Of a stretch of DNA of 64,000 bases, positions 54,801-64,000 are shown piece by piece; positions within the stretch are counted from its first letter, which is position 1; each line of letters starts with the position of its first letter. This DNA comes from Vicugna vicugna (Eukaryota), in NCBI GenBank assembly GCA_013265495.1, contig MU058482.1, positions 468,962-532,961 on the forward strand, written 5' to 3'. The notes under the pieces were generated by a model that saw nothing but the letters and a program-made list of their open reading frames with translations, ran no database searches and was not told the origin of the DNA. The position numbers were made by a program, and so were the translations under genes.

Positions 54801-57261
54801 GTTCCCCAGGGGCCCCATCATGCACAAAGTGTGTGCAGAGAGACGGCAGTCAGTAAACGCTGGTTGAAGGAGCAGGAGATGGGAGTGGGGCTGGGCCAGT
54901 TGGAGTGCACAGGCCTTGCAGTGTACTCCCTCTGAGAGCTCTGAGACCTTGGCTTTGGAGATGTGGGGAGACTTTTTTCAGGAATGTCTCTGATCAGGGC
55001 CAAACCTGATTCCTGTAAAAAAGGGCGACTGCATAGGTTCTCGTGAGAAAGAGATATGTTCCCTGGACCATCAGGGAAGTTACTGATGGCTGAGAGCTCT
55101 GGAGGGAGCTCTTTTACACAGCTGTCCTACAAGTCCCTCCGCACAGGACCTACCATCCAGAGACCCCCATTTAAAGTGGAAGTGCCACCACCCATGAACA
55201 GTCATATGCTGGAGACGGTCACCGGGTGAGAAGAAGGAGGACTGAAGGGCTCTCTGTCTCGAGTCTTTCTAGCCCCATTCCCTCTCCCACAGTGGTTAGA
55301 AAGCAATCACCCATTTTCAGAGCATGTGGAATTGGGTTACAAAGACCTGGGTGGGGACAGCTGAAAGAGGAAAAAGTCACAAAAGGAACTTGTAGGGAAG
55401 GGGGGAGGAGGCCTTGCTGGTATGTACTGGAGCTGAAATCTTTTCTGATTCCTGTAGGGCCTCCCCACCAACCTCCACCAGGAGCCACTGTCTCAGAAGC
55501 CTCAGCCTTGCTTCCTCCAGACCCGCCTCCCGAAGTGAATCAGTCGGATATCTTTCTCCATCTCCCCGGAAAAAACTACCCTTCGGGCTATTCATTTGCA
55601 AACTTATTTCTCTTTCAAGGTGGCTTTGAAATTTCTTTTATCAGATTTCTCTGTTGTAACCAGGCAAAGGGATGGTCACTGAAGTGTTTATCTAGTTCTC
55701 TACTCCCAATTGCCTCCCCTCCATTCCACCCCCGCACCGCCTTTGCCCTGAGGACAAAACTGCATATTTTACTTTTGAGTTCTTCCAGCCAGAGTTGCCC
55801 GCCTGTCCCGACCGTCTGAGAAGCTAGGCAGCCACTCCAGAGACAGACATTCAGTGCGTCAGCACAGAGACCCGGCCCCAAGGTGTGTGGGCGAGCAGAC
55901 AGACCCCCCCGTGTTCCGGGGACCCGGCCAGCGCCGGGAGCGTAGGTCGGGGGAGGGTGGAGCTGGGCGGGGTGGTGGGGGGAGGCAGAGTGGGCCGCCG
56001 CTCGGAGGCCTGGAAGGGGGAGCTTGAGCTGGAGCGGCAAGGCAGCTGCAACCCATTAGGGGCGGTGAGCTCATGGCTGAGCGAGAGTCTCAGCCACAGG
56101 AAACGGCAGCGGCAGGAGGGGAGGAGTGGTCTGGGGTGGGAGGCGGCGAGCTGGAGCTCGGAGACCGGGCCTCCCGCCGGCCGGGACCAAAAAGAAGACC
56201 AGAGAGACTGAGTCAGCTCTCCCTGGCCCAGTTCCTCTTTCTTCTTGTTCCAGCGTCCCTGCCAGGGGGTGCCCTTCCTTCTGTATTGGAACAGCCCCGG
56301 TAGTGCCCCTCCCCCTCCTCCACTCCCTGCGGTGAGCGCCCCCTGGCCGGGCCTCTCCCCCTCCTCCACTCCCTGCTGTGAGCGCCCCCTTGGCCTTGCC
56401 TCCCCCATCCGTCCCGCAGTGGGCGCTCTCCTTGGCAGTGCCCACTGCTGCAGTGATTCTTCAGATAGTACTTTTGGAATGAAAGTTCACAGGATAGTGT
56501 CCACTCCTGTTGGTACGGGCTTCCCTTCTTTAACAGTGCCCTCCCGCTTCCTGTGCCCTGAGTTGCTGCTGCCAGGGTCCCCAACCCGCTGCAGGGAGCT
56601 CCCGCCAATGTTCCCTCCCTTCTGCAGCAGAAATGCTTTGAGACAGTTCTTCTGTTCCCTGCAGCGTGAGCACTTCTCCCCTCACCGCATCTCTGGTCTG
56701 CTCTGGCAACGTCAAGCCGCCTGGCAACTGTGAGCCCCCTCCCCACTGTCCACTACTCTGAGGCAGCCTCTCTTTCTCCGCGGGAATTTCCCTTTTTGGC
56801 CAGGTCCCTGGCCCCTGCCCAGCCACAGCTGTGGCCGGTCCCCCAGGGCCGGATGGGTGGGCCCGGCTCACCGGGCTGGGGAATGGGATGGAAAATGGTG
56901 GTTCCAGGCAGGTCAGTTCTCATAACCCGAGGCCGGGCCCCTTCCAGGGCCGCTGCAGCACAAACCCGCAGGGGTCTCCCGCGGGTAAGGAACTGAGACC
57001 GAGAGGGGGAGGGAAGATCCTGCAAAGGAAGGCACAGGTCAGGACAGAGGAGGGCGAGGGGAGGTGTGTGGATTAGACAGAGCCAGACAGTGGGGCATAC
57101 AGACAGATCAAAGAAAAGAAGGGGGGATGGGAGGGAGGAGAGTCCCAGGAGCGCTCAAGAGTTCCAAGCAGGAGCAAGAGGCACCAAGCAGGGGGCTGGC
57201 GATCTGGAGCGGGCTGCGGGAAGGCGGAGGGGACACGGGGTTGCGACGCGGGACTCACCAT
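38585..57261 (-). CDS. ARHGEF40: Rho guanine nucleotide exchange factor 40 (Solo), 23 coding exons, 1518 aa
   Basis: Coding exons (minus): 57259-57261 (ATG only), 54533-54730, 52670-53915, 52368-52535, 52106-52226, 51436-51532, 51246-51326, 51000-51116, 48054-48149, 47835-47950, 47351-47477, 45608-45730, 45360-45503, 44265-44875, 43903-44137, 43451-43537, 42658-42873, 41795-41965, 40843-41020, 39996-40100, 39627-39770, 38989-39119, 38585-38626. Total 4557 nt, all GT-AG, phases consistent. [21 protein letters not shown]... through DH ([18 protein letters not shown]) and PH ([16 protein letters not shown]...[14 protein letters not shown]) to ...[13 protein letters not shown]. Confidence 0.97.
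39164..39589. promoter_or_regulatory. Cluster of RFX X-box-like motifs with interleaved GGAA sites (candidate intronic enhancer)
   Basis: GTTGTCATGGCAAC (39512-39525), GTTTCCATAGAAAC (39380-39393) and about eight further ...TAGCAAC-like sites in ~430 bp. Confidence 0.6.
46172..46199. repeat. (GT)n microsatellite
   Basis: Direct reading. Confidence 0.95.
46970..47115 (+). mobile_element. tRNA-derived SINE (camelid Vic-1-like) in ARHGEF40 intron
   Basis: ggggaaggtatagctcagtggtagagcacatgcttagcagcacgaggtactgggtacaatccc (A-box, degenerate B-box), then an (AAAT)n/A-rich tail. Same family as 5668-5830. Confidence 0.8.
48735..50725 (+). mobile_element. LINE-1 3' fragments in ARHGEF40 intron 8 (antisense to gene)
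   Basis: ctatttgcagatgacatgata (LFADDM, RT core), [31 protein letters not shown]. Internal deletion near 49185, two 3'UTRs in tandem, and an A/GA-rich expansion at 48799-48900. Confidence 0.88.
51563..51611. repeat. (TG)n/(GCGT) microsatellite close to an ARHGEF40 acceptor
   Basis: Direct reading. Confidence 0.9.
56309..56401. repeat. 46-bp direct tandem duplication carrying CTCF-like motifs
   Basis: ctccccctcctccactccctgcggtgagcgccccctggccgggcct / ctccccctcctccactccctgctgtgagcgcccccttggccttgcct. Confidence 0.85.
56888..56911 (+). CDS. NDRG2: Probable distal alternative first coding exon of NDRG2 (MENGGSRQ), antisense within ARHGEF40 intron 1
   Basis: ATG GAA AAT GGT GGT TCC AGG CAG followed by donor gtcagt (phase 0), in good Kozak context (gggATGg). 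Resembles the recalled N-terminal extension MENGGSMQ of a long human NDRG2 isoform whose first exon overlaps the ARHGEF40 5' region. The rest of NDRG2 would lie beyond the window. Confidence 0.6.
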
Positions 57262-60200
57262 GGCTCGGCGCGGGGCCGCGTCCGAAGGGCGGGCGGGCGG
57301 GGCCGGGCGCGCTGCCGCCTCCCTCCCGCCGCTCGTGTCTCGCTGGGTCTGGCCAGGGGACAGCTCCGGCCGCGGTGGCGGCTCGGTCCGCTCGGGCTCC
57401 CAGGCCGCGGGGCCCCGCCAGGGAGGGTCGAGACGGCCGCCCCTCCCCGCCCCGCCCTTCAGTGCCCGCCTCTCGCTCCGCGCCGGACCCCCTGCCGGGA
57501 CTCCCTCTAACCGCGCCGAGCCTCTGGCAGCTCCCCGGACGCCCCCAGCGGATCTGCCCCGCTCTCCCGCAATCACCTTCCTCCTCCCGCCTGCCCTCCA
57601 GCGGGTAGCCGTCCCTGACCCTTGGAGGCCCGTGCCGCCTAGGATGCCCCTCTTTTCCCGCCACCGCCTCGCTCCCTACGGGATCAGTTTAGTCTTAGCA
57701 AGGGACAGTCCAGAGGTTGGGGCGTGTATGAATTTCCTGGCGTCCCCAGCCTAAGACTGGAGTCGTTTGGTAGCTGGAAGCCTCCCAACTTTAACTCGCC
57801 TGGGAACCTCTTTTCCCCTTAGTTGCCAGACTTCGGCAGCACCTGGAGTTCAGAAGAGACCCTCCCAGGCCCCTGCCCGCCTCCGGTGGAGCAGAGGGCA
57901 GGGAAATCGGGGGATTCCTCCCACTCTCCAGGGGCTTGCCCGCCCTCCTCGTTCCCCTCCCATCTCCTCCGGCTCCGAGCCTTCGGGCTCCGACAATGGG
58001 CTCCTCTGTGCGGCCAGGGGAGGGCGGGGGCGTGGGGGAATTAGGGAGCGGTGAAGGCTTGGGGAGGGGGTGGACGTCGAGGCTGAATGTGCGCAGGGTC
58101 CCGGGATCAGGATCCTCCTGTAGGGGCAGGCACTTCGGCTGACGTTTTCTGAGTTCTTTCCTCTCTGCCCCTTCCCCTCCGCATCCCCTATCTCTCCCCT
58201 AGCTAGCGGAGGGAAGAGTCCCATTCAGCCCCACGGTCGGATACTGGAAGCCAGACTCTTCCTTCTTGTGGGGTGGCAATAGAGTCTCCCAGGGCCGCTA
58301 GGGCTCGTGGCGGTGGGGATGGCTATCTGAAGCAGTAGACAAAAGGGGTGGGCTAGTTAAGAAAGTTCTACCCTCATCCATCCTCCACCGCTTCTGGATG
58401 GGAAATGAAGCCGTGTCGAGGGTTCCCCAGGAGGGGTGGGGGAGGCTTAGGCATAGCAAAGAGATGCCGCGCTCCTCTCCAACTTTGAGCAGGCACTGGA
58501 AAGTGGGAGTGGGAGGCGTGGGAAGGGGACGCTTCCAAAAGGTGAGCATTTGAGAAGATCGGAAAGCCAAACAGACCCCGGAGAGGGACGTAAAGGCGTA
58601 TGCCACTGCAGCTGGGAGGTGACGTTTGGAAAACGTCCTGCCAGTGGACGCAGCTGCGACGAGGCCAGGAGGCCAGAGCCTCTTCGCAGTCTTCGAAACA
58701 GCGCGGGACCGAGGGGGGGAGGCGTCACCTAGGTGATGAGCTCTTCTCTCACCTCCTCAGAACTCTGATCTCAGCCCTTTCTCCACTCCTGCAGTCTGGA
58801 AGAGAGGAAAAAGAAAATGTTCATCCTTCTTGGAGGCAAGACATCTCTCTGCTCCATGGCATCAAAAAAAAAAAAAAATCCAGGGCAGCAAACCTCAGGG
58901 ACAGTCTTCCCAGCAGAGTTAGAGACGAGGAGCTGGAACTCTTTCCCATCAATGGGTCATCCAGACTTTTCAGCTTCCTTATAATTAGTGCTGAGAACTA
59001 GGAGAGTGAGATTTTGCTACCCCCTGGTGTCCACTCTGAAAATGCTGCCCAGTGGTGGGTTACCAGAATTTAGCAAACTTTCTTTGGGGTATATTATTGA
59101 ACTTTATTCACTTGGTTCAAACCCAGCTTACCCATTCCCAGTGTTGACAGAGAGTCTGAACCTTCCTTTACCAGGTCTTGCATTCTTTATACTCATTGTT
59201 TGGGGAATGGTTTGTAGAATCCACGTTTCCCACAACTAGGAAGTGGCATGTAAATTAAGCTGGCTATTAGGAGCTAGTGAACTCCTGGGAAAAAAAGGAG
59301 TGGATCAATTTTTCACCCCATGGGAAAAAGGAAGTCACTGAAAGTTTTTGAGCCTAGGGGTGAGGGATTTTGGATGCAAAGTCTGGGAGCCAGTTATTCC
59401 TTTCTTGGAGTTTAAATCTGTGCTAAATTAGAAAGGTTTATTTTATTAAGTAAGGTGACAGATATGCTTATAGTGTTTAAATACCACTATCTCCAAGAAT
59501 CCAGGCTCTTACCTAAAAGTGGGTATATGCGTGTGGTGCATGTGTGTGTCTGTACAAGGAAATGTATGTCTGTACAAGGAAGTGTGTGTTAATGTGTATG
59601 TTTTGGGGAGATGTGAAGTGAAAAGATTATAATGGAGGAATTAGAGACAGGGAGTTGACCTGTCTTAAAAGCCCTCCCCTGCATTTACAAACAGTTCTCA
59701 CTTTATTTCACCAATTTCAGATTCTTTGGAGCTTATCAAACTCCCATTTTACAGGTGAAATTATGGTGTATTGAAATGTAAAAACTTGCTGTAAGCTACT
59801 CAGGAAGTGGAGAAGTCAGGATTTGAATCCAAGCAGTCTGACACCAGAGCCTTCATTCTCCACCACTAAGTTACAGGGCCTGGTTATACGGTCCAGGCTC
59901 ATCCTAAAATAAGTAATAGTTAAAATAATCCCCAAGAAATTTCTAATATGGATCTTATGGGGAAGTAATGTTATGCAAACATGAAAAAAGGTGAAAGAAA
60001 TATTTGTGTCTGTAATGTTTATTACCCGGCTTATATGCACCGAGAGATGTAATGGCCAGTTCTGCATAGGACTGGGGCTTGAGGCTGCTCACTCTTTGTC
60101 CACTAGGAGAGCGGCTGTGAGCAGGCCTCTGCTTGAGCTCCATGCCTCAAGGAAAGGAGGAATTACTGAAGGACCACAAAGGGGAATTTTGGGGACAGGA

Positions 60201-60439
60201 AGGGACAGACTTGAGAGAACGTGTTCTTGTTACTTGTGCTTTCCAAAAGAAATTGGGGGCCAAACCAGTTAATTCTATTTTTTGTTTAATTTCCCCTTAG
60301 TTTTGGTTTTATTTTATTGGTAATATTCCTTTAAATATATACAACTTGTCTGCTCTGAACTAGGTGTCACCAGAGCCCACATCAGCACCAACTGGCCTGT
60401 GTTAGTGCATTAGTTTCCATACTGGTCTACACGCTCTGC

Positions 60440-61010
60440 TTCTGCTGCCTGGGAAGCCATTCTCTGCACCCTTGCCAGAGTGATCTTCTGAAAAACCCAA
60501 TCAGATCACGTCAACCCTTTCTAATGGCCTCCAATTTGCATCATGACTCCTTTTCCCCATCTCTCCAGCCTCATCTCTTAGCATTCCCCTGTTGCGGGAA
60601 GCCACTAGTGACCCTCCAGCCACAGTGGCCTTCTTACAATTCTTTACATAGGCCTTGCTTATTCCTGATTCAGAGCCTTCTTACTCTCCCTTCTACCTAG
60701 AGCCTTCGTTTCACAATTCTAGGAGCTGGCTGTCATCCTTTGGGTCCTAACTAAAGTGTTGCATTCTCCAGTGTCTTCCATGACCTAAAGTGACCTCTCA
60801 CCTGTTGTCCCTCCCAATAATGTTATTTTGTTTGTTTGTTTGTTTTCTTTTCTTCACAGCCTTTATCTCTATTTGATTATATATTCATTTGTTTATTTCC
60901 TGTCTCTTGTAACAGGCCCACCTCTGCCACCATATATCATTTGAAAATAAGCTTCATGAAGTCAAGGACCTTGTCTCTTTTGCCACTGTTGTATCCTAGA
61001 TAGTGTATGA
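60440..61010. mobile_element. L2 LINE fragment
   Basis: gccagagtgatcttctgaaaa...tcagatcacgtca...ctccagccacagtggccttctt...aagcttcatgaagtcaaggaccttgtct. Confidence 0.6.
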
Positions 61011-61224
61011 CCCAGAATATGGGGAGCAGAAATCCCTATGTGACAGGAATGGTGGTAGGAAAAAGTGAGGGGTAAAAATCAAGGGAGAGTAGAGAGGCCG
61101 AGGCCAAGGCTTGGAGTCCAATGCTTAGCTTTTTATTTTTCTTCCTGGACATAGCCCTCACAAGTTCTTTGTCTGTTGGTTGATATTTGTAAGTGGAAAA
61201 TACATAGAACAGAATTAAAAGCAA

Positions 61225-61990
61225 ACGTGGGGTGCATCCACTATGGAAAACAGTATGGCTGTTCCTCAAAAAGTTAAAAAGAGAACTTTTTTTCTATTTT
61301 TAGAAATATCATATGATCCAGCAATTCCACTTCTGGGCATTTGTCCAAAGAAACCAAAAGCACTAACTCAGAAATATATCTGTACCTCCATGTTCACTGC
61401 AGCATTATTTCCAATAGCCAAGATATGGAAATAGCCCAAGTTACCACTGACAATGAATGGATAAAGAAAATGTGGTATGTGTATATGATAGAATATTATT
61501 CAGCTATGAAAAAGAACAAAATCTTGTCATTTGCAATAGCGTGGATGAAACTTGAGGGCATTATGCTAAGTAAAATAAGTCAGACAGAGAAAGATGAATA
61601 CTGTATGATTTTACTTACATGTGGAACCTGAAAAAAAAACCTTCATAGATAGAGATACCAAATTGCTGATTGCTAGTGGGAGCAGGGGTGGGTGAAATGC
61701 GTGAAGGGGATCAAAAGAACGAACTTCCAGGTACAAAATAAATAAGTCATGAGGATGTAATGTACAGCATGGTGATTATAATTAATGCTGTACTGCTTAT
61801 TTGAAAATTGCTAACAGAGTAGATTTTAAAAGTTCTTATCATAAGAAAAAAATTCTGTAGGTATATATGGTGATGGATGTTATCTAGACTTATTACAGTG
61901 ATCATTTTACAATATATACAAATATTGAATTGTCATGTTGTACATCTGAAACTAATGTTTTATGTCAATTATACTTTAATGAAAAAAATG
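61225..61990 (+). mobile_element. LINE-1 3' end
   Basis: MENSMAVPQK...YDPAIPLLGICPK...WIKKMWYVY...AWMKLEGIMLS followed by L1 3'UTR. Confidence 0.88.
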
Positions 61991-63544
61991 TGGAATATCT
62001 TCTGCGTCAGATGTGGCTTCACTGGGCTAGAGGAGTCTGGAGGAAGCTTTAGTCTGGAGAGGGAGTTCTGGAAAGGCTCCAAATTCACTTATGAACTTCA
62101 TTGATGTACAAAACCAGATCCTCCTTTATATAGTTGTAATCCATTTGAAAATACAGTTTTATGTTCTCTTTTCTTCACGTAGCATTGGCCACACACATTT
62201 CTATGCAGCAATATAATTTTTGTGTATTTGTCTTCAGTTAAAGGGATACTTTGATGCTTTAATTAAAGCACTATAAGTAGTTGCCCTATCATTTGTTTAG
62301 ACACTCTCAATTTGGGGGGAATTGGCATAATTTCTAAGGTTTTTTTTGTGACACAAAGAAAAGTATAAACAGTTTGGCACAAATTTACTCCTCATTTAGA
62401 ATTATTTCCACTTAGCGTATTTTACCAAGCGGAATTATTGGATCAAACAGTAGGAGCCATTCTATAGCTCTTGTTATTGTCTGACGAGGCAGTTTTGGAG
62501 GGCCAGGGTCATGAAATGCTCTGAAGTTGGTTTAAAAGTTGAGTGCGAAGAGGAATTCGATTTATTCTGAATAGCTCAAAGCAATAGGGTCTCAGTGAAT
62601 TGCTGTGGTGACAGAGATACAGATTAGGTTCTATACAGGGAATTTTTGTTATTTAGAGCTGCTGGAAAATGGCACAGGCTGGCTCCATAGGTAGTAAATT
62701 CCCTCTCTCTGGAAATTTTAAAGCATAATGAGAGGTTTTTAAAATAAATTATTTTATAAGCTTTCCAGAGTTGTGCTCTGTATATTTTCCTAGCCCCATT
62801 CCTTTGCTCTGAAAACAAATTTTGTCCAACTAATATTTATTAAGACCTAAATGTGCCAGGTGTGTCTAGTGGCAGCTGGAGCTCTCATTGGCAGACTCCC
62901 AGTACGGTCGCCAGGAGCAGGCAGTCTGGGAATTACAGCAGCATGAAGTCATACCTCCATCCCTACCCCCAAGCCCCCAATTCACAACTGCTGAGCAGGT
63001 GGGTACAAATTTGTCTCCGGTTTCCTGACACCTTATTTTCTGTCCTCATTGACTACTTCCCTGTCTCTGCCTACATTCCACCTATTCTTACGACCTTTGT
63101 TGTAAAACTTTCAAAACGCTTTCCAAATGCTCCCAAGCCAAACCCAGTACCTAAGTAATTTATTCCAAGTAATTGTTACAATATCTTGTTTTTCATTCTG
63201 CCAAAAGGTGTTTGTACTGCAAATGAGGAGTTTAGATCACCAAAGAATCTGTAATTGATGGAATATAGCACTCCAAATTCCGCTAACATAACTTCACCTC
63301 CCAGCCATGAACACAGGTGTGTTTACACACACACACACACACATATTTCCAGGCAAGCAGCCTGATTTATTGAAGGAACCAGTTGCTTAACAATCTGTTG
63401 TTTTTGTTTTTGTTTTTTAAGAGCCACCTTACTTGGAAATATATAATCTCAAAACTCCAAGTTTGGCTAAGGAGGAAAAGTCCCTATTGAGGATGGAGAT
63501 AATTATAGACTCTGAGTTTTACTTCTTTGAGTTTTTGGTTTTTG

Positions 63545-63546
<2 letters not shown>

Positions 63547-63582
<36 letters not shown>
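63547..63582. repeat. Poly-T tract
   Basis: Direct reading. Confidence 0.95.
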
Positions 63583-64000
63583 CTGAATTCCTCCACCACT
63601 GCAGCACTGGCCTCAGGGAAGCCTGGCTCCCCTTTCTCAGTTTCTCCAGAATGCAGAGGAAAGAGGGCGCCGAGGACAGATACAGTTCTGGGTTGGGTTC
63701 CAGTGCCACCACTGCCAGCCTGATCCTTGAGCCTGAGCCTCGGCTATTGCATCATGAGAGGCCACTCTCCCTTCTGAGGGTGCAGTAAAACCAGCAGACA
63801 TGGCAACACCAGGAAATACAGTCACCCAAGCTACTGTGCACTCTGTCCATGAAAACAGTGCAGAAAATGGACTGGTCTGGCAGTGTCAATGTGAACTTCT
63901 TAAAAGTCCTTTTTGTGCCCAGAAAAGAATATTCAGAGAGCTACCTTGGCTTTTTAAAATTTATGTTCTCTGTGTTAAAGATGTAAATCAGATGCTCAGT

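Larger units (their letters stand above)
55850..58750. promoter_or_regulatory. CpG island / promoter region of ARHGEF40 (exon 1 near 57259-57400)
   Basis: High CpG density with GC boxes around 57290-57460. Contains the ATG-only first coding exon (gagccATG|gtgagt on minus). Confidence 0.8.

Noticed and set aside
57064..58224. Many 120-180 aa Pro/Arg/Gly-rich ORFs
   Set aside because: Typical of CpG-island composition in all frames; only the ATG micro-exon is supported.
58800..64000. RNASE7/8-like gene expected by synteny
   Set aside because: No RNase A-family signature (signal peptide, CKxxNTF) seen in any frame within the window.

Overview
Mammalian genomic DNA, probably camelid (two tRNA-derived SINEs resemble my recollection of Vic-1), syntenic to human 14q11.2 in reverse orientation. 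Three protein-coding genes can be rebuilt exon by exon with GT-AG junctions and consistent phases. TMEM253 is on the minus strand (6 coding exons, 204 aa) and probably nested antisense in the 5' region of ZNF219. ZNF219 is on the plus strand (4 coding exons, 719 aa, C2H2 zinc finger). ARHGEF40/Solo is on the minus strand (23 coding exons, 1518 aa) and converges tail-to-tail with ZNF219. A probable distal first coding exon of NDRG2 (MENGGSRQ) lies antisense in ARHGEF40 intron 1. The first ~23 kb is almost all old repeats (L1, MaLR/ERV LTRs, hAT MITEs, L2/MIR). A 415-nt assembly gap sits in a CpG island upstream of ZNF219. I see no novel protein-coding system. The most unusual unexplained structure is a dense array of about ten RFX X-box-like motifs interleaved with ETS-like GGAA sites filling one ARHGEF40 intron (39164-39589). 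Other notable items are a start-stop uORF in ZNF219, a 46-bp CTCF-motif tandem duplication, an orphan CRE/TATA/CTCF element near 21 kb and overlapping 3' ends. Gene and repeat-family names come from recalled homology, not from database searches.
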